Of a stretch of 64,000 bases of DNA, positions 10,105-18,775 are shown piece by piece. Location: assembly GCA_044507735.1 (NCBI GenBank), contig JBIQJB010000006.1, positions 1 to 64,000 of the forward strand, given 5' to 3'. Origin of the DNA: Nitrosopumilales archaeon (GTDB lineage Archaea > Thermoproteota > Nitrososphaeria > Nitrososphaerales > Nitrososphaeraceae). Numbering within the stretch: the first letter of the stretch is position 1; each line of letters starts with the position of its first letter. Below the pieces are notes generated by a model. It was not told where the DNA came from, made no database searches, and saw only the letters and a list, made by a program, of their open reading frames with translations. The translations under genes were made by a program, and so were the position numbers.

Positions 10105-10479
10105 TTGTCTTACATAATACTTATTATGAAAAAATATGGAAGCGGCGTAATAATGACGCTTGATTCTGCCGCATCCTCCGCCAAGGTTGACAGGCAGTCT
10201 TTCTCTCCCTCCCGAGGGAAACGGATAACAATTGATAGCGTGCTTTACGTGCTCAGGATGGCTGATGACCCTGCCGGTGCGACTCTCAACAAGCTAGCCA
10301 GAAAAAGATATGGTAACTACAGGGATGCCTCAACGGTGATAAACAAGCTTGTTCACTGTGGAATGATAATCGAACGCATAACCCGGGATGAGCGCCAGAT
10401 ACCCCGGATTTCTTTTAAGATAACGGAGAAAGGTAAGTCTGCCCTGGATGTGTTTGAAGGTTGGCAGAACAATTACTAG
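10105..10479 (+). CDS. winged helix-turn-helix protein (probable regulator)
   Basis: LVHCGMI...FKITEKGK wing motif of archaeal HTH_45-type proteins; true start may be downstream. Confidence 0.7.
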   Translation: MSYIILIMKKYGSGVIMTLDSAASSAKVDRQSFSPSRGKRITIDSVLYVLRMADDPAGATLNKLARKRYGNYRDASTVINKLVHCGMIIERITRDERQIPRISFKITEKGKSALDVFEGWQNNY

Positions 10480-13079
10480 TCTGACATCGTACCGACAATG
10501 TCGACAGTGTTGCCACCAATGTAGGCAGCTCCGTCATATCGAACTCTACGTGTGTTACTGCCATCGACGACATCATCTGTAGTGCATTCGACATCCACCC
10601 TAGCTGGCCCGCTGTATTCTATGAGTATTTTGTCCCCTGCCTGTAGTGTGTGCGGCGTAGTTAGGTTGAATGTCCTGTCAGCATAGGAAGTCGGAAGCGA
10701 TGTCGCATCGAAAGTTTCGTTAAAGCTCGCAACGATCGCATCTGCAGAATTTCTCACAACTGCCCTTACCATCCCTGATGCAGAACCTGTCTTTCTAAGG
10801 CGCACCGTCCACGTTCTGAGCGACTTTCCGATCAAAACAGATGAAGCCCTGACTTCTTCGCCATACCTAGTGTTTGCGCCTGCATAAAGTGGACCGTTTG
10901 CCCCTCCAGGGCCCGGCACGTTATAGAACACGGCGCCGCTACCACCGTTACCACCTCCACCCATGCCGCCTCCGGACTTCATGACTCCCACCACATCATG
11001 GGTGCTCGCAGTTGCGTATGATGCTCCATCAAATCGAACTCTGCGTGTGTTGGCACCATCTATTTGATCCCTCGTCCACACAGAAAGTTCGATCCTGCCA
11101 GAACCGCCGAATTCTATCAGGATACGATCCCCTGACTGTATGACATACGGGGTAGCCAGCGTAAATGTGTGTTCGACAAAAGTGGTTGGAAGTGCAGACG
11201 CGTCGACGGTTTCGTTGAAAGTCGCCACAATAGCATCATCAGAGACTCTTCTAACGACTGCCCTTACCAGACCAGAAGCCGTCCCCACCCTCCTCAAGTG
11301 TAAACTCCAGCTAGCAAGCGACTTGCCCACTAGGACCGAAGAAGAGTTTGTGGCCTCTTCTCCGTACCGCGTGTTGCCTGTGCCAGAGAGCGGGCCTGTC
11401 GCGTCGCCAGGGTACGGTACATTGTAAAATACCTCGCCGGTGCCTCCGCCGCTTCCGCTGCCTCCACTGCCAGACCCAGGTATCCGGATAATTCGCGCAG
11501 TAGAAGGTATCCCCGTGTCATTCAGAATATGTATGTAGTAATAGCCGGGTGGCGCAAGGTTAGCATTGAGCGGCGCCTCAACAGTCACACTATTCGAAGT
11601 TCTGCTTTGAACATCGAGCATTATACACCTCATGTTGGGATCATAATGGTGCGTCGTGTTGGGCAGCCTTACTAGAGTGGCGCGTGCTATGACTGAAGCG
11701 TTCGGTGTCGGGATTGTAATAGAATTCCCATAGTCTCCTACATCCGGCGACCCCGAGATAGTGGGCCGCGTCGCATCAAAGTAGCTTGGCCTAAAAAATT
11801 CAGTTCTCAGTTCCCAGGTGTTTCTACTAGGTGTGCTTCCGGCAGTCCACACACTGCCGTCTGGTAAGAGCAATGATACCTGATGGTACACGCGCGGAAT
11901 GTTGGCTGTCGACAAGCTCGTCCAGCTTTCAGTCTCTGGATCAAACATCTCGGGAACTAGGCGGGGGTTGCTGTTGCCCTGAGCCGCGCCCCCGAAAACG
12001 ACAACTTTGCCGTCTGGCAGAATGACAGGAGCCAGGTATTTCCGCCCATATTGCAACGAATCAACGGTTCTTATCGAAGGATTGCCCGCGTTAAAATCCA
12101 GAATTTGGCATTCAGTGGTGGCGGGCTCTGCAGACCCTGGAGACCCTCCAACTAGTAGTATTTTCCCCTTTTCAGATGAAGTATTTTCAAGTGGAAGGAG
12201 CACGCTAGTCCCATAGTGTCTTTGGAATGGGGAGCTGAGTCCGAGAGTAGAAAACGCGCCGGTCGAGCGGTTCCACAGCCTAATGTCGTCTAGCATCCCC
12301 GCGACTACAATGTTCCCAGAAGGCATCAGGTGCATCCTGGGGTAGAGAGCAAGGTTTGGCGCGGCGCCGCTGTACGTTTGTTCACCCGCTCCCTCGCACA
12401 TACCCACCGCCGAAGTGCCTACGGTGTACGAGCTGCCGCCGCTTGGAACCTGGCGGATTGTCCACGTTCTTGAAGAAGAATCATAGATTTCAACCAATTT
12501 ATTGTGGTCGCCATACTCATCATAGCCCGCTGTAACCATGACATTACCATCTTGCATTGTTATGCAAGTTGGGTACCATCTGCCGTGCCTCATAGAGGCG
12601 ACTTTGGTAAGCGCTTCTGAAGACCAATCGAACTCGTATGCTGCGTTGAGTCCATGCCATCGACCGTTGCAGTTATCAGCTGCGATGTCATATCGCAAAG
12701 TACCGCCAGCTATCAATATGTTGCCATTTGGCAGATGTGTATGCCCGGCGCAAAATAGATCCTCAGGCATTTCAACATTTGACTCCGATCCGGTGACAGT
12801 ATCAAGAATTCTTGCTTCAAAAGGTCCTGTCTGGTGAGAGGCATGATAGCCAGAACCTGCAAAATAAAATATCTTTCCACTTGGAACCACTGCAGCATGT
12901 ATCGCCACAGTAGAAGTGTTGTTGCCGGAAACCCACGAGCCTGCACTCTGAGCCTCAACGCCTTTCACAACTGCGGCATTCTTGTTATTTAGAAAGCTGA
13001 AACCGGCGAGGCCGCCAAGAAAGAGGGCGCCTGCGCCTGCACCCATCAATTTCAAGAACTCACGCCGAGTTACTGTCAC
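10476..13079 (-). CDS. Tat-exported galactose/glyoxal oxidase-like copper radical oxidase (AA5) with two C-terminal repeat domains
   Basis: TRREFLK Tat motif; DLFCAG (Cys), RWYPT (Tyr), RVYHQ (Tyr/His) and TTHH (His) residues; Kelch repeats; APPGYY early-set domain. Confidence 0.92.
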   Translation of the reverse strand: MTVTRREFLKLMGAGAGALFLGGLAGFSFLNNKNAAVVKGVEAQSAGSWVSGNNTSTVAIHAAVVPSGKIFYFAGSGYHASHQTGPFEARILDTVTGSESNVEMPEDLFCAGHTHLPNGNILIAGGTLRYDIAADNCNGRWHGLNAAYEFDWSSEALTKVASMRHGRWYPTCITMQDGNVMVTAGYDEYGDHNKLVEIYDSSSRTWTIRQVPSGGSSYTVGTSAVGMCEGAGEQTYSGAAPNLALYPRMHLMPSGNIVVAGMLDDIRLWNRSTGAFSTLGLSSPFQRHYGTSVLLPLENTSSEKGKILLVGGSPGSAEPATTECQILDFNAGNPSIRTVDSLQYGRKYLAPVILPDGKVVVFGGAAQGNSNPRLVPEMFDPETESWTSLSTANIPRVYHQVSLLLPDGSVWTAGSTPSRNTWELRTEFFRPSYFDATRPTISGSPDVGDYGNSITIPTPNASVIARATLVRLPNTTHHYDPNMRCIMLDVQSRTSNSVTVEAPLNANLAPPGYYYIHILNDTGIPSTARIIRIPGSGSGGSGSGGGTGEVFYNVPYPGDATGPLSGTGNTRYGEEATNSSSVLVGKSLASWSLHLRRVGTASGLVRAVVRRVSDDAIVATFNETVDASALPTTFVEHTFTLATPYVIQSGDRILIEFGGSGRIELSVWTRDQIDGANTRRVRFDGASYATASTHDVVGVMKSGGGMGGGGNGGSGAVFYNVPGPGGANGPLYAGANTRYGEEVRASSVLIGKSLRTWTVRLRKTGSASGMVRAVVRNSADAIVASFNETFDATSLPTSYADRTFNLTTPHTLQAGDKILIEYSGPARVDVECTTDDVVDGSNTRRVRYDGAAYIGGNTVDIVGTMSD
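10479..11432 (-). repeat. tandem ~150-aa domain duplication at the C-terminus of the oxidase
   Basis: Units ~10980-11432 and ~10479-10931 share FYNVPxPG, NTRYGEE, SSVLxGKSL, SGxVRAVVR, FNETxDAxxLPT, GDxILIE, DGxNTRRVRxDG, DxVGxM; joined by Gly-rich linkers. Confidence 0.9.
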
Positions 13080-13211
13080 AACAATATCGAACGCATTTGG
13101 TATAAAAGAGGTACGAAAACTACTGATCTAGAGTTTGGACCGAGTTCAATTTTTACAATCCGATATTATGTGCGTCAATTTCTATTTTTGACTAACCAAT
13201 AAATACAAAGT

Positions 13212-14432
13212 TTGGAACTGTACATCGCCGTGAAGATCCCTCCAGTCATTCTCTCTATTTCTCTTGTCGCAGTTTTAGCGGGTTGTCTAATCATGGCATC
13301 TCCTTACCCCATCATCGACAGCATTATTCCAAATCAGATCGGCAACGACAATGAAGTTCAAGCGCAGCAGGCGGAAGCACAGACACTCCCGCTTGTAATT
13401 AGAGATCGCTTCACACAAAAACTTATGGCAGGTGATGCCGCTGCCGCGGGATCACGTTTTTTCAAAGTTGACGAAAACTTTGTAGATCCCGAGAACCACT
13501 GCGAATTCTGCACTAGAGTGGAATATACACCAGGATCAAGAGGAATTGCCGGGTTTGCCTATCAAGATTTGACAGGGCTTGACCTTTCGAACGCCAAAAA
13601 GGCGCAATTCTGGGTAATGGGCGAAGAAGGAGATGAGAAAATCAGGTTCAAGCTTGCAGGCAAGGCCCTAGATAGGATCCAAGACAGAGTTCAGCAGAGG
13701 CTTGGACAGTTGTCAGATAGGCTTGCATCAGAGGGGATCTTTACGACAGAGCGTTTTGCGCTGACGACGCAAGAAGTAACCCTTAACGACGTTTGGAAAA
13801 AGTATGAGGTTGATCTGACAGGAGTTGACCTAAGAGGGATCACTCATCCTTTTGCTTTTGAGCTCTCAGGGAATGGAAACGAAAGAGAGGTCATATACAT
13901 CAAAGGCGTTGTGTATGACGACGAGCCTGCTGAAGATCCACTTGCAACAGTTACAGAAGAAGCAGTGGCCGATCCACTAACAGTAGAGGTTATTTCGAAT
14001 GGCACAGAAGGAGTTGCCCCTGCAATCTTTGAATTTGAAGCCCGTATCGCAGGAGGCACAGAACCTTACTCTATCAGTTGGGACTTTGACGATAACAAAC
14101 CTAGCCAAGAAGAAGGTCGAAATACTGTGCATACCTTTGAAGAAGCCGGCGAATACAATGTAACGCTCACAGTTACCGACGCAGGGAGCCAGAAGATGTC
14201 AAACAGCATCGCAATACACGTAGCAGAATCTGAGACGATTGAAGAAGGAGAGGAGACTGCAGAAGGAGGAGCAAATGACGACACTTTTGTAGCTGCAAAC
14301 ACGACAGATGCGGAAGTGAATTCTCTGCCCTCAGAAGAGACCCCTGACGTGCAGAATACCACAGAAGTTGTATCCTCTGAACCAGAAGGTACAGACGTAA
14401 AAGGGCCCGCTGCTAACGAAAACGGTGATTAA
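13212..14432 (+). CDS. membrane-anchored carbohydrate-binding-module-like + PKD domain protein
   Basis: N-terminal TM; DLSNAKKAQFW...TLNDVWKKYEVDL...IYIKGV (CBM11/galactose-binding-like pattern); PKD motif WDFDD...HTFEEAGEYNVTLTVTD; acidic tail. Confidence 0.75.
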   Translation: MELYIAVKIPPVILSISLVAVLAGCLIMASPYPIIDSIIPNQIGNDNEVQAQQAEAQTLPLVIRDRFTQKLMAGDAAAAGSRFFKVDENFVDPENHCEFCTRVEYTPGSRGIAGFAYQDLTGLDLSNAKKAQFWVMGEEGDEKIRFKLAGKALDRIQDRVQQRLGQLSDRLASEGIFTTERFALTTQEVTLNDVWKKYEVDLTGVDLRGITHPFAFELSGNGNEREVIYIKGVVYDDEPAEDPLATVTEEAVADPLTVEVISNGTEGVAPAIFEFEARIAGGTEPYSISWDFDDNKPSQEEGRNTVHTFEEAGEYNVTLTVTDAGSQKMSNSIAIHVAESETIEEGEETAEGGANDDTFVAANTTDAEVNSLPSEETPDVQNTTEVVSSEPEGTDVKGPAANENGD

Positions 14433-14504
14433 AGCGCCCGTGAAAGAGAACAGGGATGCAACTTTTCACTAAATTTTCTTATAATCCAGTACTATACCCC
14501 CATC

Positions 14505-15095
14505 ATGGATCGCAGACAGGAGCTAGTTGATTGCGTCAAGTCCCTATATGCAAGGGGTCTTACTACTTCAGTCTCTGGCAATCACAGCGTCAGGATGGAT
14601 GGCAGTAACAATAGGTGGATGTGGATCACGCCTTCAGGCGTTCCTCGCTACAAGATGCGTCCGGCTGACCTTGTTAAAGTCAATTTGAAGACTGGAAAGG
14701 CACTCGGTAAGATCAAGCCGAGTATAGAGCTTGAGATGCACAGGAGCATCTACAATGTCAGGCCAGACATCAACGCAATCGTACATACACACAGTCCGTT
14801 CACAATTGGAGTTTCGATTTCATCAAAATTCAGACACGTCATAGAAGAAGCGAAGATAGTGGTCGGTGAGCCCAGGATTATTGCAAACAGTCCTTCCGGC
14901 TCAACAAAGCTTGCAGAGGCGGTGTCAGACGAATTCAAAAAAGGCGCGAGGGTAGTGGTGATCAAGAACCATGGAGTTGTCGCAGGAGGCAGCGACATAG
15001 AACACTCCCGCGCAATAGTGGAATCTCTCGAGGAATGGGCAAAGATACTAACTGTCGCTCGGGTGTTTGGCGGCCCGTCGGATTGGCTGGAATGA
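14505..15095 (+). CDS. class II aldolase/adducin family protein (FucA/MtnB-like)
   Basis: SGNHS, ITPSG, KPSIE, HTH and NHG zinc motifs. Confidence 0.9.
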   Translation: MDRRQELVDCVKSLYARGLTTSVSGNHSVRMDGSNNRWMWITPSGVPRYKMRPADLVKVNLKTGKALGKIKPSIELEMHRSIYNVRPDINAIVHTHSPFTIGVSISSKFRHVIEEAKIVVGEPRIIANSPSGSTKLAEAVSDEFKKGARVVVIKNHGVVAGGSDIEHSRAIVESLEEWAKILTVARVFGGPSDWLE

Positions 15096-15105
15096 CTTGC
15101 GTGAA

Positions 15106-15402
15106 CTAGACGCCCAAGATCTGTTTTAAGAGAGCTCGGTAGTCTACCTTTTCCTTCTTACTTCCGGGAGATGGCAGCTCAAAGATGAGCGGAATAGGCC
15201 TCTTTGCACGCAGGCTCGTCAGCTGGTAACGGATCTCTTTGCCGATGTCGTCGCTCAGGAGAACCAGTCCGACTCCACTGTTTTCATCCATCTTATTGAT
15301 TTCGTTAAACGCCTCAGCTGCCGATTCGACTTTGACTCCTTTGACGCCGGCAAGCTGGAAACTCGTAACGAAAACGCGGCTTCCTATAGCGACTATTCGC
15401 AT
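15106..15402 (-). CDS. atpF: A/V-type ATP synthase subunit F
   Basis: IVAIG...FQLAGV...PLIFELP...LKQILGV pattern, 98 aa. Confidence 0.9.
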   Translation of the reverse strand: MRIVAIGSRVFVTSFQLAGVKGVKVESAAEAFNEINKMDENSGVGLVLLSDDIGKEIRYQLTSLRAKRPIPLIFELPSPGSKKEKVDYRALLKQILGV

Positions 15403-15492
15403 TCAGTCCGCCTTTAATTCCAGTCCCTTTTTATTTCTTTAGGAGAATAGGAAACCACTTATACTGTCGCCTGTTAGATTACCGATGAAGAG

Positions 15493-15717
15493 TTGGCAGG
15501 ATCAAAACCGGTAATCCTCATGATAATGATAGCTTCGCTTGCATCTGCAGGCCTTGCAGTATTGTTGGCCCTTGCTGTTGGTGACAGCGAGATGCTCATC
15601 ATTTCTGCCCCGGGCTTTGCTATCGGCGGATTCTTTGCTTTCAAGTATGCCAGATATGACAAGATAAGTGCGCGTGAGGAAGAGCACAGGCGCAATCGAA
15701 GAAAGCACAAGCACTAG
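15493..15717 (+). CDS. small two-TM membrane protein
   Basis: Two hydrophobic segments and a basic tail; TTATA box about 30 nt upstream. Confidence 0.55.
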   Translation: MAGSKPVILMIMIASLASAGLAVLLALAVGDSEMLIISAPGFAIGGFFAFKYARYDKISAREEEHRRNRRKHKH

Positions 15718-16136
15718 CCGCCTGCGACAAGGATATAGATCACCACTGCACCAAGGCACGCGAAAAGAACCATCGTCGCTTTCCACATTCCGAAGGTGGC
15801 TTTATCACTGATGTCCCACATGCCTCCCCTTATGTTGTTCGGGTTGTACCTTCTCTTGATCTCCTCGTAGCTGTAGACGGTTGAAAAGTCTGCAGGCGGA
15901 GTCCACCCCGGAGCACGCTTAGGTGTCCTGTATGCAGTGCCGTCATAGTTCTTCCTAGACTGCTCATTCGATAGTATCTCATAGGCTTCAACTATCTTCA
16001 TGAACTTTTGCCGCGACTCCTCGGAATTGCCGTTCTTGTCTGGGTGGTATTTAAGCGCTAAATGCCGGAAGGACCTTTTTATTTCCTCCGCGCTAGCGGT
16101 TGGGTTGACTTCGAGTATGTCATAGTAGTTCGGCAC
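15714..16136 (-). CDS. J-domain (DnaJ-like) protein with C-terminal TM anchor
   Basis: NYYDILEV...KYHPDKN...EAYEILS; hydrophobic C-terminus; GTG start at 16136 (ORF open to 16157). Confidence 0.9.
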   Translation of the reverse strand: MPNYYDILEVNPTASAEEIKRSFRHLALKYHPDKNGNSEESRQKFMKIVEAYEILSNEQSRKNYDGTAYRTPKRAPGWTPPADFSTVYSYEEIKRRYNPNNIRGGMWDISDKATFGMWKATMVLFACLGAVVIYILVAGG

Positions 16137-16182
16137 GTCATACCAAGGGAAGTACAACTAGATAATTATTTTCTTGGCCAGT

Positions 16183-16617
16183 TCATTGTCTTGCGTGCTC
16201 TGCCCTTTCCTTCAGTGCCTTGTTCATCTCTTCAAAACCTTTCTTGATGTCACTGTCGATGCTGTTTCCAAACAATCCTGCGAGCAGACCATCAAACACC
16301 TCTCTATGTACAAACTTTGATCTCCTCCCCGCTTGCGGCTGCTCAATGCTGAAAATATGCTCCCCATTCAATAACCAGCTCTTACCCACCCATCGGAGCT
16401 CACGCCCGCGCTCCACTCTCGTCACAGTCGGCTCGTACCTTCTTTTCTTGCCTGCGGGTGTCAGTATGTGGATTTCGATCTTGCTACCTTCCTTTGCTTG
16501 GCCAATTATGTTGTTGATGAAAGGGTTCCACTCTTTGTACTTGTCAAAGTCAGCGATGATTGCCCAGACTGTTTCAGGGCTAGCATCGATCTCTATCTCT
16601 GTGCGGAGCTCCTTCAC
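16183..16617 (-). CDS. SRPBCC/polyketide cyclase-like domain protein
   Basis: TEIEIDASPETVW...DFDKYKEWNP...GEHIF...GFEEMNKALKERAE. Confidence 0.88.
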   Translation of the reverse strand: MKELRTEIEIDASPETVWAIIADFDKYKEWNPFINNIIGQAKEGSKIEIHILTPAGKKRRYEPTVTRVERGRELRWVGKSWLLNGEHIFSIEQPQAGRRSKFVHREVFDGLLAGLFGNSIDSDIKKGFEEMNKALKERAEHARQ

Positions 16618-16644
16618 ACAAGCACATTACATTGCATTTTATAA

Positions 16645-17115
16645 TTAGTTTCTGCTCGTGAACTCAATTCTGATTGAATCTCCCTGTCTGAGTGGGATGT
16701 CGAGAAAGCTCCCGTCAGTATGCAGCTCGCCATTGACATAAACTTGAGTATCGTAGTTGCTCAGGTCATTTCCTATCCAATAATACAGAAAATGACCTAG
16801 TGTGAACTCATGTTGTCTGCTATAGCCCACATGGATGACATTCTGCTCAAGAGTGTGGATAGGCCTTATACAGCTGTCTTCGATACCCACACCAGCTGGG
16901 ACTCGTGCTGGAAATCCATCTTCGGTCACAGTGATGGGGACTGAAATCTGATAAGGTTGCTGTTCAGGGTTTTCAATGCATTGATAGATAGGATCTTGTG
17001 AGCGAAAGTAACCTGTTAGAGCCACGGTGCCAAGCCCCGCACCTATGACTATCGCAGCAAGCGTCCCCATTGAAACCAGCAATCTTTTCCGCTTGTCACG
17101 ATCTTCAAACACCAT
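16645..17115 (-). CDS. membrane-anchored hypothetical protein with beta-grasp-like C-terminus
   Basis: Single TM; PIHT...IHV...FTLGHF...VYVNG...DIPLRQGDSIRIEF. Confidence 0.75.
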   Translation of the reverse strand: MVFEDRDKRKRLLVSMGTLAAIVIGAGLGTVALTGYFRSQDPIYQCIENPEQQPYQISVPITVTEDGFPARVPAGVGIEDSCIRPIHTLEQNVIHVGYSRQHEFTLGHFLYYWIGNDLSNYDTQVYVNGELHTDGSFLDIPLRQGDSIRIEFTSRN

Positions 17116-17149
17116 CTGCAGATCAGATCGCGTGGCAGATTAGAGGTAC

Positions 17150-17311
17150 CTAATGTAATGGTACGTACGTTGTCAGCTTCTCTGCATTCTGATAGAATGG
17201 GATTAGCATACCCGCAGGACCAGTTGTAAGCCAGATGAGTACGCCAGGGACCGCAGCGCAGACAAGGATAGTGAGAATAATCAGCCACACGGCTGTCATC
17301 TTTTCAACCAT
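17150..17311 (-). CDS. 53-aa membrane microprotein (not in ORF track)
   Basis: MVEKMTAVWLIILTILVCAAVPGVLIWLTTGPAGMLIPFYQNAEKLTTYVPLH; TTATATAA at 17335-17342; fills the gap with no overlap. Confidence 0.65.
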   Translation of the reverse strand: MVEKMTAVWLIILTILVCAAVPGVLIWLTTGPAGMLIPFYQNAEKLTTYVPLH

Positions 17312-17354
17312 CGATTGAATTCACTAGGATTGCGTTATATAAGTCTTCAAGCGG

Positions 17355-18014
17355 CTATCCAGCCTTGGCTGATGTGGCATTGAGCATTTGTCTCATCCTT
17401 TCCAGCTCCTGCATCAGCTCCTCGTTTTCCTCCTCAAGGACTTTCAACGATGTTATCGCCTCAGCATTCTGCGACCTTAAAAGCTGATAGTCCTTCACGA
17501 GCTTTTCATATGATTGCTTTAGCTTGTCGTCTGACGTAGCGGGCGATGGTTGCAACGTAGATTGGGTTGTTGGCAGCGGCGCACTTTTGACCATAGTTTG
17601 TAAGCGGGCATTTTCAGTTTTCAGCGCTTCTACCGTCTTTGCAGCTTCCGCGGCTTGTGCCTGGAGCATAGATACTTGTGCAGAATATGACTGGACCTGC
17701 GTCTCGAGCTTCGCCGCGTCTTCGAGCATCTTCTGCTTCTCAGCAGAATACCTGCCAACCTCTGCCTTTAGCTGTGCAACAAGCTCCAGATTTGATGGAG
17801 TATCGTCCTTGTTGCTTTCAATCAATTCTAAGAGGATTGCGGGCATCATTTCAGAATTGATGTATGCAAACCTCCCAAAGTCAAGAGATAAGGCCCCTTT
17901 GGATTTCAAATAGCCTTCGATAGATGGGTCGAGTGAAAACGAACTTGCATTGAACGTAAACAATTTTACTTGCGACAATTTACCGCTCTGTTTGTACCGT
18001 TTCCTTAAAAGCAT
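17355..18014 (-). CDS. coiled-coil hypothetical protein
   Basis: Long heptad-rich Q/E/K/L segments; start may be the TTG near 17975. Confidence 0.75.
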   Translation of the reverse strand: MLLRKRYKQSGKLSQVKLFTFNASSFSLDPSIEGYLKSKGALSLDFGRFAYINSEMMPAILLELIESNKDDTPSNLELVAQLKAEVGRYSAEKQKMLEDAAKLETQVQSYSAQVSMLQAQAAEAAKTVEALKTENARLQTMVKSAPLPTTQSTLQPSPATSDDKLKQSYEKLVKDYQLLRSQNAEAITSLKVLEEENEELMQELERMRQMLNATSAKAG

Positions 18015-18206
18015 TAGAACGTAAAATTAATTGATACACGCATCTAAAGATGTAGAAGACGACCGCATGGATTTGGGTATGTTCTTATGTCATAGCTGAA
18101 GCAAAATAACCCCGTGTGTCAAAATTTAACAACAGGATGAGATTCTGCGAAGAGTAGGGAACTAGGCAATACTGTTTAATATCCCGATACCAGCTTAAGA
18201 TTTAGT

Positions 18207-18485
18207 ATGCCAGGTGCCTACGTCATGATAAACACGCTACCAGGAATGGAAAAGCCGGTCTTGGAGGAAATAGCACAGATCCCGGGTGTTGTGTCAGTAG
18301 AAGGCGTTTATGGCGAAATTGACCTCATAGTGCGGCTTGAGGTTCCAATGGGTAACAGCGTCGGCTTTGTAATCGACAAGATAAGAAAGGTGGCTGGGAT
18401 AAAGTCGACCAAGACTATATCCACAATTGATGGCGAGAGAAAGAGTGGCACAGGAATGGACTACCTCGGTCCGCCTTCAGACTAG
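18207..18485 (+). CDS. Lrp/AsnC ligand-binding (RAM) domain protein
   Basis: AYVMIN...VYGEIDLIV...IRKVAGIKSTKT; no HTH; TTTAATA box upstream. Confidence 0.88.
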   Translation: MPGAYVMINTLPGMEKPVLEEIAQIPGVVSVEGVYGEIDLIVRLEVPMGNSVGFVIDKIRKVAGIKSTKTISTIDGERKSGTGMDYLGPPSD

Positions 18486-18497
18486 CCGCCGATGCCA

Positions 18498-18689
18498 CTA
18501 CTGGTAGCCATGAAGCGGCTTATCCTTATGCGCGTTTATTTTTTCTACCAGTTGTTTTTTGTGTTCTGACATGATATGCTTGTTGGCACATCCGTCATGC
18601 ATTATCCCTTTATCGCAAAATTCGCACGCAGTGACAAAATCAACCTCGCCAAAAGCCTTATTGCAATAGCTGCACTTTTCTGCACCCAC
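18498..18689 (-). CDS. small zinc-finger protein (C4HC-H2 pattern)
   Basis: CxxC-x12-CxxC-x5-H-x2-C-x3-H-x4-H; GTG at 18689 with CTTAAA upstream; the longer track ORF overlaps tyrA. Confidence 0.7.
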   Translation of the reverse strand: MGAEKCSYCNKAFGEVDFVTACEFCDKGIMHDGCANKHIMSEHKKQLVEKINAHKDKPLHGYQ

Positions 18690-18775
18690 ATCAAAATCAG
18701 AGAGGGGTTTAAGCCACGAGTCTCGCCACAGAAGCGTCATGTGTGCCATATGAGGTGACGCATGTATTTCACTTT

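Noticed and set aside
15106-15402. atpF isolated from the ATP synthase operon
   Set aside because: To my knowledge this is the usual arrangement in Thaumarchaeota, so it is not novel
17049-17288. 79-aa Cys-containing ORF in the track
   Set aside because: Overlaps the next gene; the alternative 53-aa hydrophobic frame fits the promoter and spacing better
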